DNA from: Owenia fusiformis
Lineage: Eukaryota
Length of the DNA stretch: 64,000 nucleotides
Direction: 5' to 3'
Assembly (NCBI GenBank): GCA_903813345.2
Contig: CAIIXF020000001.1
Location: 33,480,001-33,544,000 of the forward strand
A program made the position numbers and the translations under genes. Shown here piece by piece: positions 38,800-51,234 of this stretch. The notes under the pieces are model-generated. The model saw only the letters and a list, made by a program, of their open reading frames with translations, searched no databases and was not told the origin of the DNA. The number at the start of each line of letters is the position of its first letter. Positions within the stretch are counted from its first letter, which is position 1.

Positions 38800-39358
38800 C
38801 AGTAAGTAACTTACTGCACGACTTACTATTTCCAATAGTTTTGCATAAATTTTTTAATATTTTAGAATTCTTGTTTCCAAAACTATGTGATCATTTTCAT
38901 GAATCCATCCATTTCTGCAATCAGAATTCAAAATTGACCTTACCCAACGTACCCCACCAAGTGCCTTTTGGATTGTACAATTGACAATTTTACATTTATT
39001 TTTATATGTGAAGAACATGATGCCATAGTTCTGTTACGGATGTTACTGGTGAGTGATTACCACAAGGCCTGCTGGTGTATCAACAAGTCATTAACTTACA
39101 TACTTAAAACTACTAGAAACCAGAAAACAATTCCGACAAGTATTATAAACAATTGCATTGTTAAGGAATCATCAGGTTACTTTAGCTACATGATTTACAA
39201 CACATATTTGACATATGTTCTAACATTTCGGAAAGGAAAAATGAGGCTTTAACAGCATTTAGTAGATACAAGGCTATATTGTCTCATTACCTAGTTCACC
39301 TATCTATGTAAGTAAATATAGCGTTTTTTTCATGTAGTGCAAGCTTATATCTCAAAAT

Positions 39359-39810
39359 ATGGAAAGTATATCAGGTAACAAGTTTGAAGGCAGAAATAAT
39401 GTGAGTTATGGTGGGAGTAAAGCTGTCTTGAACAGAGAATCTGTGAACATACAATTACAAGCAAGGCCAAGGAGAACAAGACCAAAAGTCAATATCACTA
39501 TCTCGAAACAGTCAAATAATATCACAATGGATTCTATGCGTACACATCATCAAATCAGATTAGCATGCCGTACTGGTAAAACTGGCAAAGAAGAAGATGA
39601 AGTGTTTTTTACTGATCGCAAGTATTCACCAACAATTCGATTCAGTAATTCTACACCTATTTCAATTCCTACAATTTCTGACTCATCTGAAGATGTTTGT
39701 TATCAGGTGCACTCTCATACCAATGGAGGAACTTATAAGGCTGTAAGTCAAAACAGAATATTGAGCCATGGACGTAAGCAATCTGTCCGATTTATAAGTC
39801 CACATTTCAG
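39359..39810 (+). CDS. Candidate first coding exon (150 aa, Ser/Thr/Arg-rich) of an unidentified host gene
   Basis: Longest ORF outside repeats; acceptor ttttttcatgtag at 39337; donor CAG|GTAATA at 39810/39811, phase 2; possible upstream UTR donor TG|GTGAGT at 39048/39049. Confidence 0.6.
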
Positions 39811-40055
39811 GTAATATGTTTAATGTTTTGAATATTTACAAATGGATTCAAGGGAACTTAAAGGGGCAGCAAGGACTGTAGAGAGAAAATTCGAAAATTT
39901 TTATTTTTTCTGAGCTATCAGATCAATATTTCGGCTTAACATCTTCTTTGACATACCCATTTTCCTAAAATGTATGGATAAACTAACAATTTCAGCATTA
40001 AGATGTGTAAATTTAGTTCAAAGCTTCTATAAAGGGAGTCCCACTTACATATGTA

Positions 40056-41796
40056 CAGGGCTTTGTATAAAAAACCTCCTACCCACGTACCCTCGTACCC
40101 ACGTACGTGGGTCCTGACCCAGTCTTTAAAGAGTTAAATCTTTAACATTTTTTAAACATTATTCTATCTCAATGTATGCTTAATTATGGATGAATTTATG
40201 TACCCATATGCCTTTATTTCTAGATCGGACATCTGTCTCGTCATAAAATAAAGCCGGTGTAAAAGAAATTATGGTCCCCTTGGGATTATGGTCCCTTTTC
40301 TGAAAGGCCCTTACTGGCCCTGATTGTGGATACGATAATAAGGGAAAGAGTTGTATTTAGGTCACCATATAAATCAATGGAAAGTAGGACCATAATTTGA
40401 GAGGACCTCCTACCCTTTTACACCGGCATTGCATAATGTTCATTTGAGCTATTTGAGTGTTGTTTTTGATATATCGAAGCGATTTTTTGTTGATCGGGCA
40501 GTCTAACAGTGTACAACCCATCTATTGCTTGGCGCAAATTGGTCACATGGGGCATGTGTTGTAAAGTGCTGTAGTTTTTGACTCCATGAGCAGAATATGG
40601 TCAAACTTTCACAACAAAATTCACATTGAATGACCTGAATGATTCTGGATTGACGAAGTTATTCAACTTTTCATCGGTCCTGTTTTTTAACACCCTGTAG
40701 TTTCGATTTTTATCACATATACTTTTTATTCTTTCAAACGATATTACAAGTATTCATTGTTTGCACGACAGATTTGAACTATACGTGTAATTTGTCTTAT
40801 GTCTTTTATTTAATTTAACATCAGAATTGGAGATACAAAGTGATAGAGTGATCAATTCACACGATCTCAAGGAATAATAAAGGCTGCATTTCTGTTTAAC
40901 CGTGGCGCAATTGAATAACGAAATATTTGAAAAGTAGAAGGATTCGCTATATTCGTTTTTAATCGCTTTTTGGCACAATTTAAGGATAATTGTGCGCACT
41001 AGTTCAGTGAATCATTTAGATGGAATTAAAAGTTAGAGTTGCCAAACTTATGCAGGGGGGGTGTAAGTTTGGTTTTGTAAACTTCGACATTATTCATGGC
41101 CGTTTGATCCATAATTAGGTAATATGAAGAGTAGAGTTTTATTTTGACAATGATTTGATGTAAAACTGGTTTGAATGATAAAAGTTCAGCTTTGTAGTTT
41201 CTAGCTTTTTGCGCGTAAAACGTGAATACAATGGACAACAACGACACCAAATCTTTGACTAACATACGTTAATAACGTATAATATTCGTAAGAATGAATT
41301 CTAATAACATTTGAAATAAACATCTAATAAAATGTGGTGAATTAAATTGGTTGGAAACTCTAAGAAATATATTTTTAAAAATATGTCAACTTTTGGACAA
41401 GGGTAAACTTCCTGGGACATTTACAATCTGCATGAGGTAACAGGAGGCACGGATTGCACTGAACGAAGGCTAGGAGATTGCTAATAAGCACTGATGTGTT
41501 ATACAGGTAAGACTGCCCGATCAACAAAAAACATTTCGACATATCAAAAACATAAATCAAATAGCTCAAAAATAATGAACATTTATGCAATTCCGGCTTT
41601 ATTTTATTTTACTAGAGAGATGTCAGACCTATAAATAAAGGCATATGGATGCATAAATTCATCTATAACTCAGGATAAACTGAGATTGAATAATGTTTTT
41701 AACATTTAAAAATTTAACTCTTTAAAGACTGGGTCAGGACCCACGTACGTGGGTACGAGGGTACGTGGGTAGGAGGTTTTCTATACAAAGCCTATG
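40056..41796. mobile_element. Long-TIR non-autonomous element inside a Kolobok-like copy
   Basis: TIR of more than 200 bp ggctttgtata.aaaacctcctacccacgtacc... inverted at 41560-41796; TSD not resolved. Confidence 0.8.
40258..40422. mobile_element. Ginger-like MITE
   Basis: TGTAAAAG...CTTTTACA with CCGG TSD; the opposite TIR arm (about 41590) shows the empty site. Confidence 0.8.
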
Positions 41797-42783
41797 TACA
41801 GTGTATAGATTTTTAAGATTCACCCCGTTTCAAGAGGAATATCAGCTGAATTAATGTTCATCCAAGGGGTTTCTTTGTAGATAATAAAAATATATATTAG
41901 TCTTGATGAAATCCAAACTTAAATATATTTTGACACTGGTCGATGATCGTTGAATGGCCCCCTGCACTAATTGTAGCACCTTTAATTTAAAATTTAAATT
42001 ATAATGACTTTGATATGCAAACAAGTTTAGTGAAATATTGTTTGATAATGAATGGAAAGACTGAAATACTTGGTAAAACAATTATGAAATGCTAAACGAT
42101 AAGCATTATGTAACATTCCACCATCTCTCATAGGTCGGCATCGGCCAGGCACTGTTTAATTTTTATGTATTATTTTAATGTAATATGTAAACTGTATCTG
42201 TTTTAGTGCTTGAGACATAAAATAAATAAAAATATTACTACCACTACTTCAACAAATTCTCTCAGGATTCTGAATCTGACATCGTAATTGAAATCCGACT
42301 TCCAGTTAAGATTCTACACCATTTTGAAATTCGCACTTGCCAGTATCCATGATGCAGATTGATCAAATTCACTTATCTAAGTCCCAGCCAGTTTATATTA
42401 TATTAAGCATATTTTTATATTCTTCATAACTGATGTTTGTTCTAATTACAGCATGAAAAGTAAGAACATTTTTCGTATGAAATTTTCTAGTGTTCAGAAT
42501 TTTGGTGCGTCACATTACATGTTAAATATTCTCTGATTTATATCATAAATTAGACCATTTTGACGTTTTATATCTACAACCAGACAGTTTATCTACAACC
42601 AGACAGTTTATCTTGACATATACCTTACTTATCTTAAGTAATAAAAAATGATTAATTACTGAAAATTTTAATTCAATTCGTTGAAGTCTAAAACAAGTGT
42701 TTTTAAATATCAAGATAATGTGTGATTTGTGTGACATTCACTAGGGAGCGGCTTTTGTACTGAAAGGAGCGTTTTCGGTATAT

Positions 42784-43583
42784 TTATCCCAACGAACGAA
42801 GTTCTGTAGGGATATAGTGAAGCCCTCCGTCCGTCCATCTGTCCGTCTGTCCATCTGTCCGTCCGTCAGTCAGTCAGTCAGTCCATCCGTCTGTCCGGAA
42901 GATAACTCAAATAATAGTTGATGGATTTTCTTTATATTTAGTGGAAAGATGTATAGTGGTGAATAGTTTTACGCAAAAAAAATTTTTTCAAGATGGCCAC
43001 TGCTTTAAAAATGACGTGACTTTTTTGCAAAAATCATAAATTTTTCATTCTGAACCAAAGTAATTAATATTATTGTTTGAAATTTTGGGAGTATATTCAC
43101 AACATTTATTTTTTTCACTTATATTCCGTTTTTTTCATCCTGACCCCCAGGGGCCGTATATGGGGGGACAGGAAAACAGAAATTTTCACTAATTTTTAGA
43201 TCTTTCTAAAGTATAGCTTTATTATACTCAAATGAAAAGCAATTAAGAGTAGATTGCAAATATTGTATCTTTTTTCTGTTTCGAGCCTCGTAAAATTCAT
43301 AATGGCCGTCTAATGTACGATTTCGCAATAATTTTTCGATCCCTTCAAAGTATGGCTATATTATACTCAAATTGAAGGAATTTTGGAGTAGATCACAATT
43401 ATGGTATTATTTTTCAGATTTGTATTTCAGAAAATTCAAAATGGCTGCTTTGCAGGAATATGCAATTCTAAAATCTAATTTTTTCAATTTTAACCAAAGT
43501 AATGAGTATAATTGATTGGAATTCGCTAATTGATATTTTGTTCGTTGGGATTTGCTACTCCACGGAGTTGCCGTTATCTAGTT
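42784..43583 (+). mobile_element. HINE family 3
   Basis: subTIR ATCCCAACGAAC (42786) / GTTCGTTGGGAT (43540), GTCC/GTCA microsatellite, 3' hairpin, CTAGTT end; fragments at 14070, 16865-16907 and 47920. Confidence 0.85.
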
Positions 43584-44152
43584 GTATACTGAAAAATGTT
43601 CTGACTTGTTTCAGTATAAAATTCAGTACAAATATAAAAATACACTGACTTTTTAAGGACATTTTTAAGTACAAAATTGTACTGAAAAATATACTGACTT
43701 TTTAATTTGAAAACTAAACATTGATAGTACACTGAAAAATTCAATGAAGATATTTTCGTTTTTGATAGCAATATTTGCGTGTAATATTTAACTTATTTCA
43801 ACCGTCAAAATTCCTCAATTCAGTTCCCGGCATGCACCAGTCATAAGGGAAATCCCTGGGGAATTCCCCTTCCGACATTTTGAAAATTGCTGATATATTT
43901 CCGATGTAAAAACTAAAATCTCTTCGTTCTGCCGATAAACCCATACAATTGGCGATCTAACAACATAAAAAGAATTCTAAAATACTCTGGAATGTATCGA
44001 GGTAGGTCATTTAATAGTGCAATGCGTAGTTCATTCTCCGACATTGTAGAAAGACAGGCTTACTGATAATACGGCCGTACGACCACAATCTAAAGTGGTC
44101 GGTAGGATACGATAATATGTATGGAGAACAGAGCAAATGTCTGAAGTCATCA

Positions 44153-45189
44153 CAGGCCTGTCAACTGTCCCGCAATTTGCGTATTTGTCACGCATTTGCT
44201 GAAGAATTTGAAGTCACGCCAGTTTTTTTTGCGTGACAGAAAATGTCACGCAAATACGCATTTTACCTGGTAATTGTCAAGCAAAAATATTACATGGCGT
44301 AGAATAATGGAAATAGCGCCATGAATCCCGGGGCAATTAATATCGGATCCAAGTACGTCATTAATGGTCGAAAATCAGAATATTGAAAAATTTATAACCT
44401 AAAAGGCCGAAAGATAATGCGGCAAATATTGAAACGGGGGTTGTCAACATTTTGTATTAGCTTTGATCTCTTAAAATCCGTTGAATCCTAAGCGATTGGA
44501 GTTGTTTAGATCACTTAACGAATGATATGAAATGGTGAGGATTTGGGTTTTTTCAAAGTTTATAATGGCGGCCAATGGGTGATTTTAGCAAAATATCCCG
44601 AAAATTAAATCATTAAAAGGCCGAAAGATCTGTGGATGGATTTTGCTGTTTTATATATCAAAATGAACACTTTGTTGGGTCTAACAAGGATCCGTTGAAT
44701 CCTAAGAAAATAAACGATTTGCTCAAAAGTTATTAAGATTTTAAATTGTGATGAAGACTGCTCTCCATTGAAATCTCTGGACCATGAAATGTCGATTTAC
44801 GCGCATGCGTTGTGACGTTATTTCCATTATTCTACGCCATGCTGTAGAAATTTTTTCGAAATATGTTTACGATACGGTAAAAATACGAACGTCGGAAAAA
44901 AGCCGAACGCAATTTGTTCGGATTTGTCACGCGAATCCCGTATATGTCACGCATGTTCATTGGAAATTTTCGTACCTCCCCCCCTCCCCCCGTTGACGAT
45001 ACCGCGAGCGTAGTGAGCGCGAAAAATTTGAGGTGATTAAAGTTTGGCAAAGGTGCTCAAACTTTGGCCAAAGGTGTTTAAAAGTTGGCCAAAGGTGTTC
45101 AAAATTTGGACAAAAGTGTTCAGATTTGGACTTAAGTGTCCAACATTTTAAAGTCACTCATATTAGGTGGTCCCAAGTTGACAGCCCTG
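44153..45189 (+). mobile_element. Family A composite with nested TIR element 44293-44841
   Basis: TSD TCATCA; inner TIR CATGGCGTAGAATAATGGAAA. Confidence 0.9.
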
Positions 45190-45877
45190 TCATCAAGCTT
45201 AAAAGACTAGATGCGAGAAGAAATATAATCTTGATTTACATCATTTCAAAATTCAGTCAATTGATGTCATATTTGAAATCTACATGTAAAAGTTTTTCTA
45301 GAAGATTGTTCATTAACTTTGAAAATTTAATTTTTTGGGAAAATGTGACTTCTAGTAAGGGGAGATTCCCCTTAGACCCAATGTTGTAAAATCACAAAAA
45401 GTGAAATATCTTTTCTTGTATTGGACAGATGATATTTTCTTTTACTGGACATATTTTAATTAGCATAACTATTAGATGCATAAGGTTGATATGAAAATTG
45501 AACCACTAAAACTGATAATATTTAAGTTAAAGGAAGAGGGGGAGAAACCCCAGGGTTCAAAGATGACATACGCTTATAATGTAAATCTGTATTGAGATGA
45601 CATCGTCGCTGATTGGTTTAGCGAGTCGATCGTTGATTGGTTTAAAACTAGGTCAATTTGAAAACTTTGAAAACCAAGATGGAGGGTAAACAAAAATACG
45701 TACTTCCGGGAAAGGAGGTGCGCGAAGGAGGAAATCGTATGTCATACAATTGAATCATAGGGTTTTCCCTCCTCTTAGTTAAAGGGAACTTTCTACTACA
45801 CCCGCCATGCTATCTGACCCGACAACTGTGGTGAACCTGGTAACTACCTTCTCGCATCTGAGTTATTGGTTCTATAT

Positions 45878-46246
45878 CAGGCCAGTCAACTGTCCCGCAA
45901 TTTGCGTATTTGTCACGCATTTGCTGAAGAATTTGAAGTCACGCCAGTTATTTTTGCGTGACAGAAAATGTCACGCAAATACGCATTTTACCTGGTAATT
46001 GTCAAGCAAAAATATTTCTGTAGAAAATTTTCTAAAAAAGATCGTCTACACAGCAAAAATACGAACGACGGGAAAAAAACGTACGCATTTCGTTCGGACT
46101 TTTCACGCGAATTACGGATATGTCACGCATTCCGTTCGAAATTTTTCGTACCTATTCAGATTTGGACCAAGGTGTCCACATTTTGAGGGGAGGTGTTCAA
46201 CATTTCCAAGTCACTCATGTTAGGTGTTCCCAAGTTGACAGGCCTG
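45878..46246 (+). mobile_element. MITE family A, internally deleted
   Basis: Both TIRs; TSD CTATAT. Confidence 0.95.
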
Positions 46247-48741
46247 CTATATGCACAGGAACTTGTACATTTGTAGCACTATGAAGCACTATGATATGAG
46301 ATGCTAATGTCAGATCTGAGTCATTTATATGTATAAGAAGGACAATAACGGTTTACCATTTCTGGGAACTGGAAATACAAAAAAGATATGAATTAGTGGT
46401 CAGAATTTTATAATTATCGTCTCATTTTGAAGAAAAATCTTTCAACTGTAAGATAAATGTCACTGCATAACAATGATACCTATGCTTCAAAACTGGATCC
46501 CAATGACAGATTTCCTAATTTTCAAACTCACCTTTTTAAAGATCTTCCTCTCAATATTTCATCAATCAACTCCTGGTTTGCTCCTGTATCATTTAAGTAC
46601 TCCTGATTATTACAAGATACTTATTTGATCGTCTTTCACCAACAGTACCTCAATTCTAAAGTTTTAAGATCAAGATGTCTAAAATAACACACACCTTGAT
46701 TGCAAATAGAAGGCAGAAAGGAGACCCCCTCCCCCACCCTATTAATTTCTTGCTACGCCAGTGTATCAAGTAACTGTTCTAATGCAAATGAAAATTTGTC
46801 AATACATGTGATTCTTCTGATTCTAATATTATAAACCTGGATCTCTAAAGCAGAATATTTTTCAGAATATTATATATACATAATTATGTACTAAAAAATA
46901 AGTATATTTTCAGTACTTTTTGTACTTAAAAATGTCCTTAAAAGTAACTATATTTTCACTACACTTTTGTACTTAAAAATATCCTTAAAAAGTAAGTACA
47001 TTTTCAGTATTTTTTTTAACTGAACTTTGCACTTAAAAAGTAAGTACATCTTTCAGTAAATATATATACTGAATTTTGTACTTAAAAAATCAGTATATTT
47101 TCAGAACATTAATACACTGAATTTTGTACTTAAAAAGTCAGTACATTTTTCAGTACAAAAATGTACTGAAAATGCTCCTTTCAGTACAAATACCCTCCCC
47201 TAGTGATTTATCTAACATGCAAAAAGTGATGCATGCATTTTAATTTTTCCAGCAAATGTGTGACAATCACGCCTAATGCATGAGGGTTGACAGGGTAGCA
47301 GATATTATCTGTGTTAATAGATAGGTTGCCAAAACAACTGAAGCATACAATGCTAAATACGTATACTGTGGTATTTTCAGTGATTTACATAGGACAGGTT
47401 GAAGTTGGCCTTAGGCATTGCGTTGTGTGAAATATGACTATTAACTGTTAACAGGTGGCAGGTTGAGCTTCACTTAACATTTGGAACCATTTTGAAAATT
47501 GATTTTATTCTAATACTAATCTTTGTTTATAAAGAGTTATATACCACACAATAAACATAGTTGATTGGAATTAAGGGTGCAGTAGGTAAACTACTAGATA
47601 ACAAGACCAAATCTAAATAAACTGTAAAAGTCTGATGAAACTGGCATACGCAGTAAGTTGCATCTAAACTATATACCAAAGTTCCTATACCTATTATTGT
47701 TAACTGATACTACATTCTTTTATAAACCAGATTGAGGTAGATCGCCATAAAAACCAAAAAAATAGTCTAGACTTCAATACCATCATACCACCAATGCTGT
47801 GGTAGATCATTTTGCTACAACAGATCATTTCAAAGTCTCTCATATATCAGGGTTTAAAAATAAGTATACTTTTGTAGATAATTAAGTTTATATATTAAAT
47901 GCTCATGACTCATGATTAATTATCCCACTGAACGAAGTTCGAGGGTGATATAGAAAACTCGTTCGAATTTTCAATATGGCCGCTAAATTAAAATGGCAGC
48001 CATTTTTAGAAAAAGATATGATCTTTGATAACTCAAATACCAATGGCTTGATTTGCTATTTTATATGCTGTTTCCTGGGTACAAAAGAGCCTTGCTCAAG
48101 AAGACATTTTCAAGGTGGCCACCATATTTCAAAATGGCGGCCATTTTTCGTAAAAAAACAATAGCGTATCCCCTACCCCATTGGAAAAGCATTTTTCCCT
48201 ATTAATAAAGTCCCACGGGCGTTAATTAAATGTTCTTTAAATTTTAACTTTTTCTGAGCTATCAAGGCAACATTTGGCTTAACATATTCTTTGACATACC
48301 TATTTTCTTAAAATGTATGGGTAAACTATCAATTTCAGCATTAAGAAGGGTAAGTTCAGTTCAAAGCTTCAAATGGGAGATATCCACTTTTATATTTTTA
48401 AGATCCACTATGTTTCAAGAGGAATATAAGCTGAAATAATGTTTATTTAGGGGGTTTCTTAATTTGTAGATAATAAAAATATATATTAGTCTTGATGAAA
48501 TATCCAAACTTAAATATATAATCGCACCTTTAATAGCATTTAGTACTACATGCATAATGATTGCATTTTGTTCAGAGCAATTGTGCCTCTCCATCTCTCA
48601 TTCAGATCTTAATTTCAAAGAAATTTCATGACTCCATATTTTGTCACGTGGTTGAGATGTTCCCCCTTGTAAGTAAATTAATGATGGACAGAGAGGTAGA
48701 GGTATGCACGAAGCTATCTGCAATTGGATATATTCAATTCT

Positions 48742-49671
48742 GGGTTTGTGTAAAAAACCGGGTAACCAGGTACCCAGTCGACCGGGTACCTAACGTTCCT
48801 AGCAGGGTTACCAACTTTTAAAGTTCCACATGTCACCCGATATATAGTAGCGAATTGACTTGACAGACTTAGCCTACCAAGTGCACTCCTGTTCGATATT
48901 TTTACCTGATACGAGACAGAGCACTTTTTAAAATAATCGATCCAGCAAACAGTGACGTCCTTGTCACGTTGCTCATAAGTAGCATATAAGTTCCTGGAAG
49001 ACGTTGCACATTTTCGTTCTTTACACATCGAGGCAACGTAAACATGAGACATCTATTGATGGTATAAAGAGAACGTTGTTGGTAACTTGTCTGTAAAGTT
49101 CGTCAGTGTGGAAAACATAACAAACAGGAACGTTTGATTTTTTACTACATTAATATGGTCCATATGTGACGTAACTCAAACGTTAAAATTCAACGTTGTC
49201 AAAACAATTTTTTAATATCAAAATATTTGCTGGTGGAAAAAAACATGACAAAAACTTTGTGTTCTCACTAAGTCGGTTTATTTCTGACATATTGTTAATT
49301 ATAAATAACCTTAAAACGTAACGTCAATAATGACGTTCATGGACCGTATTGATCTGACGTTATTTAAATATTCAGCAAAACGTCGATGGATGGTTGAATT
49401 TCATCATTGTGGAAATGGCTTCAAAATATTTGTGAGTTAAGGAAACGTTACAAAGACATTAATATGTTCTCACTAAATCGGTTCATAACCGACGTTATTT
49501 TAACGTTAAAAGGTAACGTTGTCAAACGTTCTTTAGATGTGAAATAACCTCAAAACGTGACGTAGAAAATAACGTACATGTATCGTCCAGATCCAACGTT
49601 ATAAATAAAAAAAATTCCTAACCCTGCTAGGAACGTAAAGTTCCCGGTCACCCGGTATTTTACACAAACCC
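48742..49671 (+). mobile_element. MULE-like MITE, ACGT/AACGTT-rich
   Basis: TIR GGGTTTGTGTAAAA; 9-bp TSD TTCAATTCT. Confidence 0.92.
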
Positions 49672-49794
49672 TTCAATTCTACATCATCATTACTTCATTT
49701 AACATCAATGGTTCTTAATCCTAGTGGAGGTTAAAATGAAAACACGCACTAACGCGCCATGCTCCAACACGCTAATAGAAAATGATCCTTCCCA

Positions 49795-50066
49795 CACGAA
49801 AAATTTCGAACGGAATGCGTGACATATACGTAATTCGCGTGAAAAGTCCGAACGATATGTGTACATTTTTTTCCGGCGTTCGTATTTTTGCTGTGTAGAC
49901 GATCTTTTTTAGAAATTTTTCTGCAGAAATATTTTTGCTTGACAATTACCAGGTAAAATGCGTATTTGCGTGACATTTTCTGTCATGCAAAAATAACTGG
50001 CGTGACTTCAAATTCTTCAGCAAATGCGTGACAAATACGCAAAATGCGGGACAGTTGACAGGCCTG
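49795..50066 (-). mobile_element. MITE family A, 5' half
   Basis: Reverse complement of the family A left end. Confidence 0.9.
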
Positions 50067-50388
50067 AAATTACCACTAACCTGTCAATCAAACTTCAAAG
50101 ATGTGAACTTTGCGGCCGTAAGATCTCAAAAATTATACTTTTCTAGTTACGATTTATCTAAAAATGTAAGACCAATTAACACAACGAGAAACACTATATA
50201 ATAAACATCAATACGACGAGATAATAGATTTATTATCCAAATTGAATAATAACTAATAAGATCTGTTACTGCTGAATAACATTCTGCTGAATAACATTTG
50301 TTATTAATCATATAGAAATGTCTTATCCGAACAGCTTACATGTACGTATTATCCGTTGCGGCCATTAACAATTTTACATATCTAATTA

Positions 50389-51234
50389 CACCCTATGCAG
50401 ACAGAGCCTGTGGGAAATATTGGGTGCGGAGCAAATGAGCGGAGGGTGCGGAGCTAACGGTTATTTTTTAATTTAAATTTGGGATATTTCTGAAACTAAG
50501 CCGTTTTGGGACTTCAAATATACCAAGATATGTGTATTTGACACCAAATATCAATACAATTGTGAAAATAGTAGCGCAATTCATTCTATAGCGACGCAGT
50601 GTGCCTTAAACCTTTCCCAGACCTATATATTTTGAAATTATCCTTTTAATACTGAGTCCCCAGCATTCATAAAAATGGTGTTCAAGGTGCACTATGTATA
50701 CAAATTATTTTTGCATCTTGGAAGCCAGGCAGTATCTGTGTGATTTTATAAAAATTCGGAATTTTTTTCAGATATGAGCCCCCTCTAAATATTGGGTGCG
50801 GAGCAGCTCCATAAACGTAGCTCCGCACCCAATATTTAGAGGGGCTCATATCTGAAGAACATTTCCGAATTTTTATAAAATCACACAGATACTGCCTGGC
50901 TTCCAAGATGCAAAAATCATTTGCATGGGTAGTGTATCTTGAACACCATTTTTCATGAATGCTGGGGACGCAGTATTAAAAGGATAGTCTCAAAATATAT
51001 AGGTCTGGGAAATGTTTAAGGCATACTGCGTCGCTATAAAATGAATTGCTACTATTTTCACAATTTTATTGATATTTGGTGTCAAATACACATATCTTGG
51101 TATATTTGAAGTCCCAAAACGGCTTAGTTTCAGAAATATCCCAATTTTAAATTCAAAAATGACCGTTAGCTCCGCACCCTCCGCTCATTTGCGCCGCACC
51201 CAATATTTCCCACAGGCTCTGTCTGCATAGGGTG
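50389..51234. mobile_element. 846-bp near-perfect palindromic element, CAC...GTG, 5-bp TSD (Transib-like)
   Basis: CACCCTATGCAGAC / GTCTGCATAGGGTG; TSD AATTA; arms about 415 bp, centre near 50810. Confidence 0.85.

Larger units (their letters stand above)
42739..47205. mobile_element. CACTA/EnSpm-type non-autonomous element with nested insertions
   Basis: CACTAGGG...CCCTAGTG, 3-bp TSD ATT, GTACTGAAAA subterminal repeats at 43585-43740 and 46860-47190. Confidence 0.85.
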
